Source: Vicugna vicugna (Eukaryota). Taken from it: a DNA stretch of 64,000 nucleotides. Each line of letters begins with the position of its first letter. Within the stretch, counting starts at the first letter, position 1. Made by a program: the position numbers and the translations under genes. The notes beneath the pieces were generated by a model. The model was given only the letters and a program-made list of their open reading frames with translations. It did not search any database and was not told where the DNA came from. Positions 29,895-43,612 of the stretch are shown in pieces. The DNA lies in assembly GCA_013265495.1 (NCBI GenBank), contig MU058252.1, positions 124,001 through 188,000 of the forward strand, in the 5' to 3' direction.

Positions 29895-32800
29895 GGGTTC
29901 CACTTCTGCGAATTCATCAAAGAAAATGAAAACACTAATTTGGAAAGATATATGCACCCAAATGTCCACTGAAGCATTATTTACAATAGTCAAGACACAG
30001 AAGCAACCTAAGAATCCATCAACAAATGAATGAACAAAGAAGATGTGAAATATACAGGTATGATGGAATACTAAGCTCTAAGAAAAAATGAAATCTTGCC
30101 ATTTTTGACAACATGGATGAACCTCAAGAGTATTGTGCTAAGTGAAATAAGTCAGAAAAAGTCATACATTATACTTACACTTAGAGGTGGAATCTTAAAA
30201 ACAAATGAACAAACAGAACGCATTGATACAGAGAACAGATCTGCTGTTGCCAGAGGGGAAGGCAATGGAGGGGAGGGGTAAAGAAATGGGTGAAGGGGAT
30301 CAAGAGGTACAAACTTCTGGTTAGAAGAGAAATCCATCACGGGGATGTGATGTACAGTATGAAGACTATAGTCAAGAATATTGTATTATAGGATTTCCAG
30401 TCAAGATGGCAGAGAAGTAGGACCACCAGCTGGCCTCTCCTCACAACTACAGCAAAGCCACAACTGACTGCTAAACAACCATCAGAAAAAAAGGACTGAA
30501 ACCTAGCAAAAAAAATCTTCTTCAACTGGAAACATAAAAAAGGAACCACAGCAGGTTGGTAGGAGGGGTATGTTCACGATATAATCGGGTCCCATACCCC
30601 CGGGTGGGCAGCCCATAAGCTGAATAATAATTAAGTCCCAGAGGCCCTCCCACAGAAGCGAGAGTTCTGAGCCCCACGTCAGGCTCCCCAGGCCAGGATT
30701 CTGTTATTGGGAGGAGGAGACCCCAAGACATCTGGTTTTGAGGGCCAGTGGAGCTTAACTCCAGGAGGAAACAGAAACTTCATTCTCTTGGGAAGTGTAC
30801 ACAGAATCTTGCATGCACAAGGTCCGAGAGAAAAGGCAGTGATTTCATAGGAACCTGAGTCAGACCTGCCTGCTGCTTTTAGAAGGTCTCCTGGGGAAGT
30901 AGGGAACAGCTGTGGCTCACCCAGAGGGCATAAAAGCTGGTGGCTGACATTCCAGGAGTGTTCATCTACATGAGCTTTCCTAGAGGCTGACATCTTGATT
31001 GGATCACTAGCACCAAGACCTAGCCCCACCCAGCAGCCTGTAGGCTTAAGGGCTGGGAAGCCTCAGGCCAAACAACGTACTGGGTAGGAACACAGCCTCA
31101 CCCGTCAGCAGACTTCCTGAGCCACAAACACCTCTAGACATGGTCCTACCCACCAGAGGTCCAGGACCAAGCATCACCCAGCAGTGGGCAGGCACTGAGT
31201 CCTCCTGCCAGGAAACCTGCGTAAGCCTCTAGTCCAGCCTCATCCACCAGGGGGCAGAAACTAGAAATAAGAAAACAAAAATCCCAAAGCCTATGGGAGG
31301 AATCCACAAACAGGCCAGACTCTACACTGGGACTGGCTGGACCCCGGCCCTTGGGTGACAAGAGAGGAGTATACTGCCAGGATGCATAGAATGTCTGCCA
31401 AAGAGGGCCACTTCTCCAAGGTCAAGAAACATAGCTAACCTACCTAAAGATACAAATAAAAAGATGGACAATATGAGGTGGCAGAGGACTATCTTCCAGG
31501 CCAAGGCACAAGATAAAATCCCAGAAGAGTAAATAAGTGATGAGGAGATAGGCAACCTATCCAAGAAAGAGTTTAGAGTAATGATGGCAAAGATGTTCAG
31601 AGAACTCAAGAAGAGTATAGATGCACAGAGCAAAGTTTCTAGCAAAGAGTTGGAAAATATAAAGAATATTCAGAGTTGAAGAATAAAATTACTGAAATGA
31701 ATGACACATTAGAAGGAACCAAGAATAGACTAAATGAGGCAGAAGAATGGGTCAGTGAGCTAGAAGACAGATTAGTGGAAATCACTTCTGCAGAACAAAA
31801 AAAAAAAAGAATGAAAAGAAAGGAGGATAGTTTAAGACAGTTCTAGGACAACATGAAGTGCACTAACATTTGCAATACAGGGGTTCCAGAAAGAGAAGAG
31901 AGATAGAAAGGACCTGAGAAAATAGTCAAAGAGATAATAGCTGAACACTTCCCTAACATGGGAAAGGAAACAGTCACCTAAGTCCAGGAAGTGCAAGGAG
32001 TGCCACACAGGATTAACCCAAAGAGGAACACACCAAGGCACATAGTAATCAAATTGACAAAATTAAGGATAAGGAGAAAATATTAAAATGAGCAACAGAA
32101 AAGCAACAAATAACATACAAGCGAACTTCCATAAAGTTGTCAGCTGATTTTTCAGCAGAAACTCTACAGACCAGAAGGGAGTGGCACCATATTTTTTAAA
32201 TGATGAAAGAGAAAAACTTACAACCAAGCATACTCTCCAGTAAGGCTCTTGTTCAGATTTGATGGAGAAATCAAAAGCTTCACAGATAAACAAAAGCTTA
32301 AAAGATTTCAGCACCACCAAACCAGCTTTACAACAAATGTTAAAGGAACGTCATTAGTTATCAAACCACAAGAAAAGAAAACAAAAAGAAGAAAGAAAAA
32401 GCAGACCTGCAAAAGATTGCTTTAGCAATTCAGGGCCTTTTATGGTTCCATGTAAATTTTGGAATTGTTTGTTCTAGTTCTGTGAAAAATGTCGTGGGTA
32501 TGTTGACAGGGGTTACACTGGATCTGTAGATTGTTTTATGTAGTACAGCCATTTTGATAATGTTGATTCTTCCAATCCAAGGGCACAAAATATCTTTCCA
32601 TTTCTTTGTATCATCTTTAATTTCCTTCATCAATGTTTTACAGTTTTCAAAGCATTTGTAACCTCCTTGGTTAGGTGTATTTCTAGGTATTTTGTTGTTT
32701 TTGATGCAATGGAAATGTTCACGCCAGTTATAAAATTCTGGCTTTTGAAGTGCAAAAAAAAAAAAAACAGGGAGTGTGGAGGGAATGAAGGGCTACAAAT

Positions 32801-33900
32801 GACAAAATATGCTTCTTTTTTATGGGTGAGTTGTATTCCATTGCATATATGTGCTACATCTTCTTTGTACATTCATCTATTGATATGCACTTGGGATGCT
32901 TCCATGTCTTGGCAATTGTAAATGGTGCTACTGTTAATAGTGGGGTGTATGTGTCTATTTGAATGAATGTTTTTGTTTTTCTCGGGTGTATGCCCGGAAG
33001 CGGAATTGCTGGGCCATGTGGTGGTTCTGTTTTTCGAGTTTGGGGGAAACCTTCATTTTTTTTTTCCATAGTGGCTGCACCAATTTACATTCCCAACAGC
33101 AGTGTACAAGGGTTCCCTTTCCTCCACTTTGTTGCCAACAGTTGTTCCTTGTGCTCTTTTTTGATGCTGGCCATTCTGACAGATGTGAGATGACATCTCA
33201 TTGTGGTTTTGATTTGCATTTCCCTGATATTGGTGATGTTGAGCAACCTCCCATGTTCCTGTTGGCCATCTGCATTTCCTCTTTTGGAAAAATGTCTGTT
33301 CAGTTCTTCTGCCCAGATTTTAAATGAGTTGTTTGTTTGCTTTTTAACTGAAGTACCGTTGATTTAAAATGTTGTGTTAGTTTCTGGTGTGGAGCATGGG
33401 TGGACTTGGAGGGCACCATGCTGGGTGGAGTAAGTCAGACAGAGGAAGACAAATACTGTAAAATATCACTTACATGTGGAATCTTAAAAAAAAAACGCAA
33501 TAAACTAGTGAGTATTACATAAAAGAAACGGACTCACAGATGTAGAGAAGGAACTACTACTGGTGACCAGTGGGGATAGGGAAGGGGGAGGGGCAAGATA
33601 GAGGTGGAAGATTAAGAGATACAGACTATCAGGTATAAAATAAGCTACAAGGATATACTGTACAACATGGGGAATATATAATATCTTATGATAACTATAA
33701 ATGGAGTATAATCTTTAAAAATAATGACCCACTATATTATATACCTGAACATATAATATTGTACATCAACTATACTTCTATTTTTAAAATATGATATTGT
33801 AAAATAAATACACAAAGTCAAAAATACATCATTGTATTACAAATTTGAAAGGCACTAAGAAAGTAAGTGTTAAGAGTTTTCATCACAGGAAAAAAAAAAT
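29895..33900 (+). mobile_element. Nested L1 complex: host L1 3' end (29895-30390, 33830-33900) interrupted by an L1 with 5'UTR and decayed ORF1 (~30392-32410), inverted ORF2 pieces (~32415-33390) and a sense 3' end (~33400-33790)
   Basis: CAAGATGGC 5' motif; ORF1-like degenerate text; minus-strand ORF2 peptide [36 protein letters not shown] present on both sides of the insert. Confidence 0.8.
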
Positions 33901-36900
33901 TTTTTTAACCCAGCTCAACCTAACTCCTAGGGCAATGCTAGTTCCCTTGGCCTGTTCAGAATAGAATGGAATTTTTCCCATCACTCCATTACCTGGAGAA
34001 GAAAACTGCTGGATCGCCGCAGGTGGCACAGAATTCCTCTGGGACTCCAAATTCTTCCGATTAGTCTTGGCAAGATTCTGGGCATGACTGTTTTCTGCCC
34101 GAAGGCACATAGGTTGAATTGGGGTGCTCAGAATAGAAGATACGGAAATCAATTAAGTTCTGCCCTAGAGACTTGATTTATGAGCCTTCTTCCTAACACA
34201 GCATGTGGCCAGACCTGAAGACAAAAATAAGAGACAAGTACTTAAAGTTTATTCTTGAGTTTGCAGGAGATGGGCTCCCCCCAACCACTGTGAACAACAG
34301 AAATTAGTCCCAGCTTTCTGATGGTTTCAGAGGAGAACCCTGGCTCACCGTGGGAAGACCTCCGTGGAATACAATGAGACTACAAAGCAGAGACTGGGTG
34401 TCAGGCATCTCTCAGGGCCCGAGGGACCCTGCCATGGCAGGCCCAGGGGTGGGTCCAGCCTTCCTTCATTGCCACTAATGCTTTTCTGGTTGAAAAAGAT
34501 GGAGACAGAGAAAGGAAATAATGTTCTTATGGCTGTGAACACTTTCCTTCCTCCATGCTCAGATTCAGGGACCTAGACGTGGTTTGTATGTAGAGAGACC
34601 CCCAAATTGGAAAGTTTACCAAACATATGGGTCCTTGTCCACTGGTTGAGAAAGAATTCTCAGCAGAGGCAGAGGGACAACATGAAAAGCTGCTCGGAGA
34701 GAAAAGGGGAAAAAACCCTCCAGCAGGAAGCCAGTAGCCAAGCAGCCAATGGAGACAGCTCCAGCTCCCAATCAGGCCACGGGGTCTTTTACAGAAAGGC
34801 TCTGTCATCACCATCTTCACTGTGGTGGTGCAGTCACCTTCTATGACAGGCTTTTTCTTCCCCTGGAGCTCAGCCCTAAAACAGAAACTTCGGCAGGAAA
34901 GAACAAAGAAAGAGATACTGGGGCATGTCCTTGGGATTAATGCAGCAGTTGTGGAACATAAAAGGTCTTGGTGCCTGGCTATGTCCTTGGAATCAAGGAG
35001 CCAGCTGTGGGATAAGAGAATGCATCCTGTTTTTCTTCCCCTTGACCCCAGCCAGGGTCAGTAAGCCTGTCTAATCACCTCTCTCATATGGACAGGAAAC
35101 CAGGATTTCTGAGTGTACTAGACTCTGTTCTCGCCCTCCTGGTGTACTTTCCACCCATCTCACCCTGCCCTGCGGGCTGGCCCGCTGGCCTCTATGGGCT
35201 GCATTCATGGGCTCCCTGGTGCCATGGCGTGGTCTTGGGTTCAGCCTATAGGTGGCCCTGGCAGGTGAATGAGATCAAAGCATCTGGTCCCCCGGCTTTC
35301 TCTGTGCCAGAGCCCAGTTTGGCATGGCAGCATCGTACCAAGGGCCACAGATCTTGTCAGGTGGCTCTGTCTTACAAGTCTCCCCTTGTTTTAGGAACCA
35401 CTCCCTCGCCTGCCCCTTCCAATGTAGGGGTAAAAATGACTTCCAACTTTTTTTTTTTTTTTTTGCTGATCACTAAGAGAACAACTTTAATTTTCTTGAA
35501 AATTATGATTTACCAAAACTTACTACAAATTAGTTCATCTAAATAAAACAATTTCATTGAAGAATAGAGAAAATTGTCAAAGAACTTTCACCTGAAAAAA
35601 AGCAAGCACAAATTGTTTTAAAAGGGAATTTTACCAAAGTGTTAAAGAAAAGAGAATTCCAGTTCTATTGCAATCATTCCAGAGTATGAACTGACAAAAA
35701 TTGTACCAAAAGCTGAACATAATTGCACACACAAAGAGATCAATTTAATTACAACATTGAGACATGAATTGTAAATGATACATTGCCATCCAGAGTTCAG
35801 CAGAACATTTAAATGAATAACATACGATGCCCAAGCAGAGGTTTATATCAAAAGTACAAGGATGATGGAATATTAGGAAGTTTATTGAAGTAACTCAAAG
35901 GGATGCTTCGCCATCCCTTGATGATTTTCCTTACCCTTGCCTCACCTTTGTGAATGGTCCCTTCTTTAAAGTCTCTTAAACCCTCCCTGCCCGCAGTGAG
36001 AATGCCATCTGTTTCCCAACAGGACCGAAATTGATATGCTGAGCTTTCTTTGTCTTCAGCTTTACTCTCCTTTGACCCTGGCATCAATTTCATCCACTAT
36101 CCAAACATAGTATCTGCAACGCTGGTTCTGAGCTAAGCACTGGGGAAGCAGGGACGGAAGACAGAGGTGACAGTCTATCAATATTGGGACGATGAGGGGT
36201 CAGTGGGGCCATAGCCTGGGGAGGAAAATGGTCAAAGGGGCATCACAGAGTCAAAGGCAGCAAGACAGAGGTGGGGGTACGGGGTTGAAATGTGCCAAGC
36301 AGAGGGCCGGGTACAGAGACGGGGAAGGAGCCGCAGGTTGCTGGGCATTGCAGGGAGTGATGCAGGGTCACAGGTAACGCTGCAGTTACTGCAGAGATAC
36401 AGGAGCCAACAATCGAAGCCTGTGTCCTAGCAGGGAGCCTCTGGAGGCTGTGTACAGGACGGTGCATTCTGGCGGAGACATGTTGGAGGAGGCAAGTTTG
36501 GGAGCAGGGAAGCAAGTCTACTGCAGGAATTTAGGTGAAACATAATGCCAGCAGCAGGAGGAGCTGCTCAGGAAACGGAACTGACTCGCGCACTGAGGGG
36601 TGGCTAGGAGGCCAAGTCCAGGTTGGCAGGCCTGTCAGATGCCGGGCTGGAGCATTGGGGTGGACGGTAGAGGTATTCCCGTGATACAGGAGGTATAGAT
36701 CTGAAGCTCCAAATAGTCTGGGCTAAAGATAAGCACTTAATAATCATTTTAAAGACACTGGAGGAAAAGCATAAGCCATGAGTACAGAGAAGTTGCACGT
36801 TGAGAAGTAAACCAGTGAACAATAATAATGTTGAAATTTCTTCAGCACTGGCCGCCGGCCAGGCACTATACCAAGTCCTTTATGGTGATGAGTACCTTTA

Positions 36901-36924
36901 CCTCAGTTATCACAGTCCTGGCCG

Positions 36925-37070
36925 CAGCCCTGTGAGGCGCTGACTAGTGTTACCCTCATTTTTCAAACTGGAAACTAAGGCTCAGAGAAGTCAAGTAACT
37001 TGCCGAAGGCCACCCAGCTGGGAAACGTCGTAACTGCTCATCGATCTGGAGAGTCAGACTCCTGATCCTG
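36925..37070 (-). mobile_element. MIR SINE fragment
   Basis: MIR core GGAAACTAAGGCTCAGAGAAGTCAAGTAACTTGCC. Confidence 0.7.
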
Positions 37071-38842
37071 GGCTTTTTGTTAATCATTTCACTGAATGAG
37101 CACCTCAGTTGCTCAATCTGTACCAGGGTTGTTTTTTGTTTTTTTTTTCTTCATGTCGTTTATCTCCAAGGACAGGCAACCCTTAAAGATAAGGTTAGAA
37201 TTAATGTCCCTTGGCCTGCAAAGTGTCAGCTCTCAAATCCGAATCTGTCCCTGAAAAAGCCTGGAGATTTGCCCACAACCTACTAACGAGGAGGCAAACA
37301 GAGGGAAGGGATGCTTTGACTATTGCTGAGTTATCTCCTAACGCCATTTCAAATGATTTGTATTTCAAATCAAGTAAACAGCTGTTTCGAAAATTCAATC
37401 TGGGGTGTGACTTGCGCAGCGAGAGGTGAAAACACAAACCCAGGTCTGTTGCTCCCTATGTAAAACATTTTATTGGCTTCTCGTTATCTCCCGGATAAAG
37501 TCCACGTTCCCTCACATCTGGCCACTGACTGCCTCTCTGGCATTCTTGCTGGCCGTGCCAACCTCCGCTTGGCAATACAAACAACGTTACTGTGCAGAGT
37601 GGCTCCCCGCTCGTAAACGCCACCGAGGATCACGCCTCTGCCTTCCTCCCCTCCAACATCTTACTATGAACAAAACAGAAAAGTTGGGGAGGCGGGGAAT
37701 TTCCATGGATCCACTACTTGAACTCTACGATTAACATTTTGCTCTATTTGCTTTATCACACACCTGTCCACCTGTCCATCCCTCTATCGGTTTTGGTTTT
37801 TTTATGCATTTCAAGGTAAATTGCAGACATGCGTGCACGTTCCCCTAAATACTTCAGCACACATATGATGAACTAGGGTTGCATATTTGTTTTTAGTTCT
37901 TTTTCCCCTCTTCAGGGTAGAATTTAGAACAAACTGTACAAATCTTAGGTACATGTATTAGTTTTCTTGTTCCTATAACAAATCACCACATACTTAGTGT
38001 CTTCAATTTATTCTCTTGCAGTTCTGGGGGGTTGGAAGACTAAAATCAGTCTGACTGAGCTAAAGGCAAGGTGTGAGCATAGTTTGTCCCTTCGGGAGGC
38101 TCTCTGGGGACAATCTGTTTCCTCACTTTTTTCATCTTCCAGAACATTCCTTGGCTCATGACCCCTTCCTTGAATCTCTCCAACTTGGCAGTTGCGGAGG
38201 TCCTCAAGATTCTGGTCTGGGTGGGTGATGTTGGTCCTCTGCCCATCCCAACATCCCAGTGGCTTTTCCTTCCCAAGTAAGCTGAGGAGTCCTCAACACC
38301 GATGTGTGCACCAAATCCCACAGACTGTGACTTGTGACTCAAAGCAGAGGCCCCGGCCTGGCCCGCGTGGAGGGAAGGAGGGGAGGAGATAAGGGTGGGG
38401 TCTGCCTGCTCCATGGTACCTCCGCCGGGCTCCCCCGTAGGCCCTCGTCTGGGCTCTCCTCTCCTTGTGAAGGTGCCCGCCAGCTCTTCGGTTGGTGTCA
38501 GACCGGGAGCTCCTCAGAGGTTCTTCCCAGGCTGCTGCACCACCAGAAGTAGCAAGGGGAAGGCTCAGTCCCTTAGAATCAAGTATTTTTAAACTAAAGG
38601 CTTGAATTTCAGAAGAAATTGCTGTGTGAATTAAAAATCAAAACAGATTTCTCCAAGCGCAGAGGACCTGCATGCAAGCCCCCTTATAGCTACCTGAATT
38701 TCTGCACCTTAGAAATGCCCTGGGGAGATTTTCAAAACCTGGACACCCAGGCCCTGCTCCAAACTGACTAAATCCAAGACGAGGCAGAGACCCCAGGGCA
38801 TCAACAGCTCTGAGCTCTGCCCAGGTGACTCCAGTGTGCAGC

Positions 38843-39586
38843 TGTTGCCAGCAACTAAGTTCTTGTCACAGAAAGAATTTAGAGACAAGACACAGAGAGG
38901 GGATGGTTCAGTGGTAGAATGCCTGCTTAGCATGGACAAGGTCTTGAGTTCAATCCCCAGTACCTCCACTTAAAAAAAAAAAGATATATAAATAAACCAA
39001 ATTACCTCCTCATAAAAAAAAGAAGGCATTCTTCAGAGACTGAGACAAGAAGGTAAAATGGGGGTTTATTAAGCTGTTGTTAGTATATTCTCAAGGGGAG
39101 AGTGGGCAGACTCAGGTGAGCAGCTGCACTGAGTTTCTTAGCCAAGTTGTTTACATAGGGTGTAAAAATGAATGGGTGGGATAGTCATTGGGGAGGGAAC
39201 TGTTTGTGGTCATAAGTATTCCCTGATCTCCATCCCAGCTCCACCTTCCTGAGGGGAGGAGGGATTTTTGTCCTTATTGAGGCTGGACTGAAAGTGTCAT
39301 GGCGTCAGTGTATGATGGCTACTTCTAATCTGCAAGGCTAGTCTTATAGTAATGAGGGCATAATGAGCAAAAGGTTATATTTGGGCACTGGAGATTCCTG
39401 CCTTTTCCCACCTTTCTTTGGCTTCTTCCAGGACACTTGTCACCCTAAAATATATGATTTTTTATCAGTCTGGAGATTCCTGCTTTTCTCTATCTGCCCA
39501 AGGACCCCTGTAGTTCACAAGATGTATGGTTTCCTGCCATTTGGACCATCTCTCTGCTCATATATAGCTCTCTGCCTGCTCTAACA
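38843..39586 (-). mobile_element. ERV1-type solo LTR with 4-bp TSD (CAGC), inserted in a MER5A-like element
   Basis: TGTT...AACA termini; CAGC at 38839-38842 and 39587-39590; removing it rejoins CCAGGTGACTCCAGTGTGCAGC-CATGGGGGAGAACCAC (MER5A-like). Confidence 0.8.
38897..39020 (+). mobile_element. Second Vic-1-like tRNA-derived SINE, nested in the solo LTR
   Basis: GGTTCAGTGGTAGAATGCCTGCTTAGCATGGACAAGGTCTTGAGTTCAATCCCCAGTACCTCCA plus tail with AATTACCTCC. Confidence 0.82.
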
Positions 39587-41441
39587 CAGCCATGGGGGAG
39601 AACCACCCACTGTGGGTCAGTCCAGGGCATGAAGCTTTGGGGGTTCCGTGGGTCTTCCATGGACAATGTCATTAAAATCTGCCTGACAATACTTCAGTCG
39701 CTGTTTTATCAGTCAATGAAATCGAAAGAGGACTTATAGGCTGTGGCTGCCTCGCTTAGAAACCAAAACTCTAAAGAACGTGGACAGAGGAGGACCCTCA
39801 AGACCCAAACAAGCGGTTGGACAGCCTCTCAAGAGACCTGAGAGCATCATGGACCTCACGCCGCTGGGACAGACAGACATACTGAGCATCCTGTGTTCAC
39901 GTCAGTGACAGCCTGCAGGGCCAAGAAAAGGCAGAACTGTGGCCCATTCCCTGAGCGACAGAAAGACTCAGTGATCAGAGAAACTCAGGGAGCTATTCTT
40001 GGCAAGGGAACCAGACAGAGGGATTCACCAATCTGATAACCAGGGGTCGCAGTATAGCCAAGAACTTGCTTCTTTGAGCAAGTGCCAGAGCCCCATGGCT
40101 GGGATGCTCACAAATCTCCAAAGCCTTGGGAGCCCACGAAAAACACTAGCTAATCAGCTCCTATAATTCTAGAGAAGCCTTGGACCGTGTCCCAAGCGAA
40201 GGCACCTGCTAATGCTCACGCCCAGCAGAGGCCACGCTGCTGGTGCGCTAAGTCTGTGCCGCCCCCGGGGGAACTATGGGCCTCCCACAGCTCCCGAGAG
40301 TGAGGAGCTTCTCATGCGTGGAACCATCAGACCACCCTTCCAGTGCCCCATTCCCAGTGGGGACTGGAAAGGGGCCCTTCTACATCCAGAACCAGACCCA
40401 GAGCTGGCAGAGGAGGCCTCCAGTGCATGGAATCTGGGTTTATCCCAGACAGATTCCAAGAGCTTAAAATCAGAGAATAAGCACCTATTTAGGTACAGAA
40501 GTCCTTACCAAAAAAGCTAATTTTTCCAACTGAGCCTCTACCTTCCAAGATGAGTTATAATGCCACTGAGATGGTAAGGTATGCTCAAGCTGCAGCATTG
40601 TTTGAAGATTTGTTGAAGTATGTGTGAGCAAAGGTGTGGGTCTGCTTACTAGCAGTGGGTCATTTTACCCCACACCCAGCCAGGCATGGACGCAGAGGTT
40701 AACTGAAACAGACGTGGAAGGGCTGCCGCCACAGATGAAGGGGGCTCAGCACGTGCTGCTTGTAGAGGAAGGTGCTCGTTCACCCATTCCAGGTCTGGAC
40801 ACCACCTTGTCGCAGGGAAGCAATGCCCCTTCAGGGACGGCTGCAGGTTTGGGAGCCAGAGAGAGCCAGGTGCTAATCCCGGTTCTGCCGCTGACCAGCG
40901 GTGCAGCCTCGGGGATGATGCCTGTTCGCAGGGCCACCTTTGGGGTTAAACGAGGCCGTGGGCAGAGTCTCCAGCCTGGTGGCACCTGGGTCTGGGTGAG
41001 GTGGGCATGGTGGGGGGCATTCAGTCCCTAGTGAAACCCAGAACCTCCCACACCAGTGTGGATGGGACCCTCCTAACTGGAGAGAAGAGCTGGCCAGTGG
41101 TCTGTTTACCCTCTGGCTTGTCACCTCCTCTGAGTTCCCTGCTTACACCTCACTTTAACAAGAACATCCGTCATTAACCCTCGCTCAGGAGGAAACTTGC
41201 AAAACAAAACTCTACCAGATCCTAGTGGGGAACAAATCAAAGGGAAAACAAAGGCAGAACCTGGCCGGCGGAGCTTGGGTTTGGAGCCCGCAGAGCCAGG
41301 GCCACCAAGCCTTCTCACTCTGCCCTCTCCGAGCCAGCCCGCCCCCACCCCGAGAGCTGGATTCACACGTGCCTGGGCCTCATCCATCCCTCCACTGGCA
41401 TGGATAACGTATGATAATACATGTTTCCTTTTTCTTGTTTA

Positions 41442-41744
41442 TAAAATCCCACAGCCTTCAGCAGGAGGGCAGGAAGGTGAGGAGCAGAAGCAGCCGGGCG
41501 CACCATCGGGGCCCGAGGAGCCTGTCACATGCTCCTGCGCTTCATGGCACTGGCTGCAGACTGGAGTGTGGGTTCTCAAATAGCCACCTTTCTTCTTGTT
41601 TAAAATCCCACAGCCTTCAGCAGGAGGGCAGGAAGGTGAGGAGCAGAAGCAGCCGGGCGCACCATCGGGGCCCGAGGAGCCTGTCACATGCTCCTGCGCT
41701 TCATGGCACTGGCTGCAGACTGGAGTGTGGGTTCTCAAATAGCC
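41442..41744. repeat. Tandem duplication, period 159 bp, 144-bp identical cores
   Basis: 41442-41585 and 41601-41744 read identically; the ORF track shows the peptide repeated. Confidence 0.95.
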
Positions 41745-42527
41745 CCAGGGCTTCCCGGGGCCACTGCCTTCTAGTGCAAACCAACGTCAACCAACTCAGA
41801 GGCATCTTCAGTCTTCCTCCTTCCATCCCCAACCTCCCTCCAGATCCAGGTGCTGTATGTAACATTGCAAATAGGCATTTGCTTTGCAAGAAGTAAGCCT
41901 TGGTCCAGCACTCCTTCCTTCAGCAAATGGGGAGCTGTGTAAGAATGGAGCTCAAAGAGTAATGGTAAGAGTAAGAGTCAGGAAGAGGAGTCAGCAAGGG
42001 TTAAGTCTGGAACTGGGCATCTGAGACTTTGACCTCAGTTAACTGTTACATTTTTGCTGCACTCACCAATCTTCCTGGAGCCTCTCTTCCTGACACCTGA
42101 CCTTGATCCCTCTGCAGTTCAGCCTCACCCCTTCATCTTATCAGCCGTGTTCATCTACCTTCATTGCCTGCAGGGGGCTAGCCTGACAGTCCTCCAACCT
42201 GTCTCCCTGCCCTGCGCCTCCTTGGCCTTCTAAAGCCAGGTCTAAATCTTGTCCTTATCAAGCCAGGACCAGCTACAGGGATTGCAAAGCCCAGTATAAA
42301 ATGAAATCGTGAGGTCCCTCTTTGAAAAATTAAGAACTTTGAGACAGCAATAGGAGAGCATTAAACCAACTGCAGACAACTTCTGAGTGTGGGTCTGGGA
42401 GACCATACAGGTCACACACCCTTGAAGCCGGAGCTGATTCACACCATCTCAGCTGTCCTTGTCCCAAGGGGCCCCCTCCAATCAACAACCCCAGACCCCT
42501 TCTATGTGACCATGTTAATACGGTTGA

Positions 42528-43612
42528 GGGACTACATCAAATGAGAGGTTTCTGCACAGCAAAAGAAACAAAGTGAAAAGGCAACTTACAGAAGAGGAGA
42601 AAATATTTGCAAATCATGTATCTGAGAAGGGGTCAATATATAAAATATGCAAAGAACTCATACAACTCAACAACAAAACCAAAACAAATAATCTGACTGA
42701 GAAATTGGCAGAGAAACGGTACAGACATTTTCTCCAAAGAAGATATACAGATGGCCAACGGGGACGTGAAAAGATGCTCAGCATCACGAGTCATCAGGGA
42801 AATTCAAATCAAAACCACAGTAAGATGCCACCTCACACCTGTTAGAACGACTAGACTCAAAAAGACAAGCTGAGAAGTGTTGGCAAGAATGTGTTGGTGG
42901 GAATGAAAGTTGATGCAGCCACTATTGAAAACAGTATGGAGATCCCACAAAAAATTAAAAATAGAACCACTGTGTGATCCAGCAAATCCGCCTCTACGTA
43001 AGTTTTCAAAGGAAATGAAAACAGGGCCTGTACTTCCATGTTCACTGCAGTACTACTTCCAGTAGCCAAACTACGGGCATGACCTGAGGGTCCAACAAAG
43101 GATGAATGGATAAGGAAAATGCGGTGCTGGTTTCTACACTGGAGTATTACTCAGCCACGAGGAAGAAGGAAATCCTGCCATTTGCGACATCACAGGTGGA
43201 CCTTGAGGACATTTTGCCAAGTGAACTACGCCTGACAGAGAAAGACAAGTACTATACGATCTCACTGTTAGGAAGAAAATTAAAAATCCAAACTGGTAGA
43301 AATTTAGAGTGGTTGTCAGGGGCTGGGGCGTGGGGGGAATGGGGAGATGCTGGTCCAAGAGTGCGCATCTCCAGTTAAAAGATGGATGAATTCTGGGGAC
43401 CACGTGGGCAGCGTGGCATGTCACACACATGAAGGTTGCTAAGAGATCTGAGATGTTCTCACTACAAAAAAGAAATGGAGATTATGCGACATGGTAGAGG
43501 CCTTCGCTAACACTGCAGGGCAATCATTCTGCACTATGTAAGTGTATCAAGTCAACTTATTCTACACCTTAAAGTTACACACTGTTGTACATCAATTACA
43601 TCTCAATAAAAC
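42528..43612 (+). mobile_element. L1MA-type 3' portion (ORF2 end and 3'UTR)
   Basis: Degenerate KRQLTEEEKIFANHVSEKG peptide; ends TCAATTACATCTCAATAAAAC. Confidence 0.85.

Noticed and set aside
41411..41896. 161-aa ORF with an internal 53-aa repeat
   Set aside because: By-product of the 159-bp DNA duplication; no homology or exon structure.
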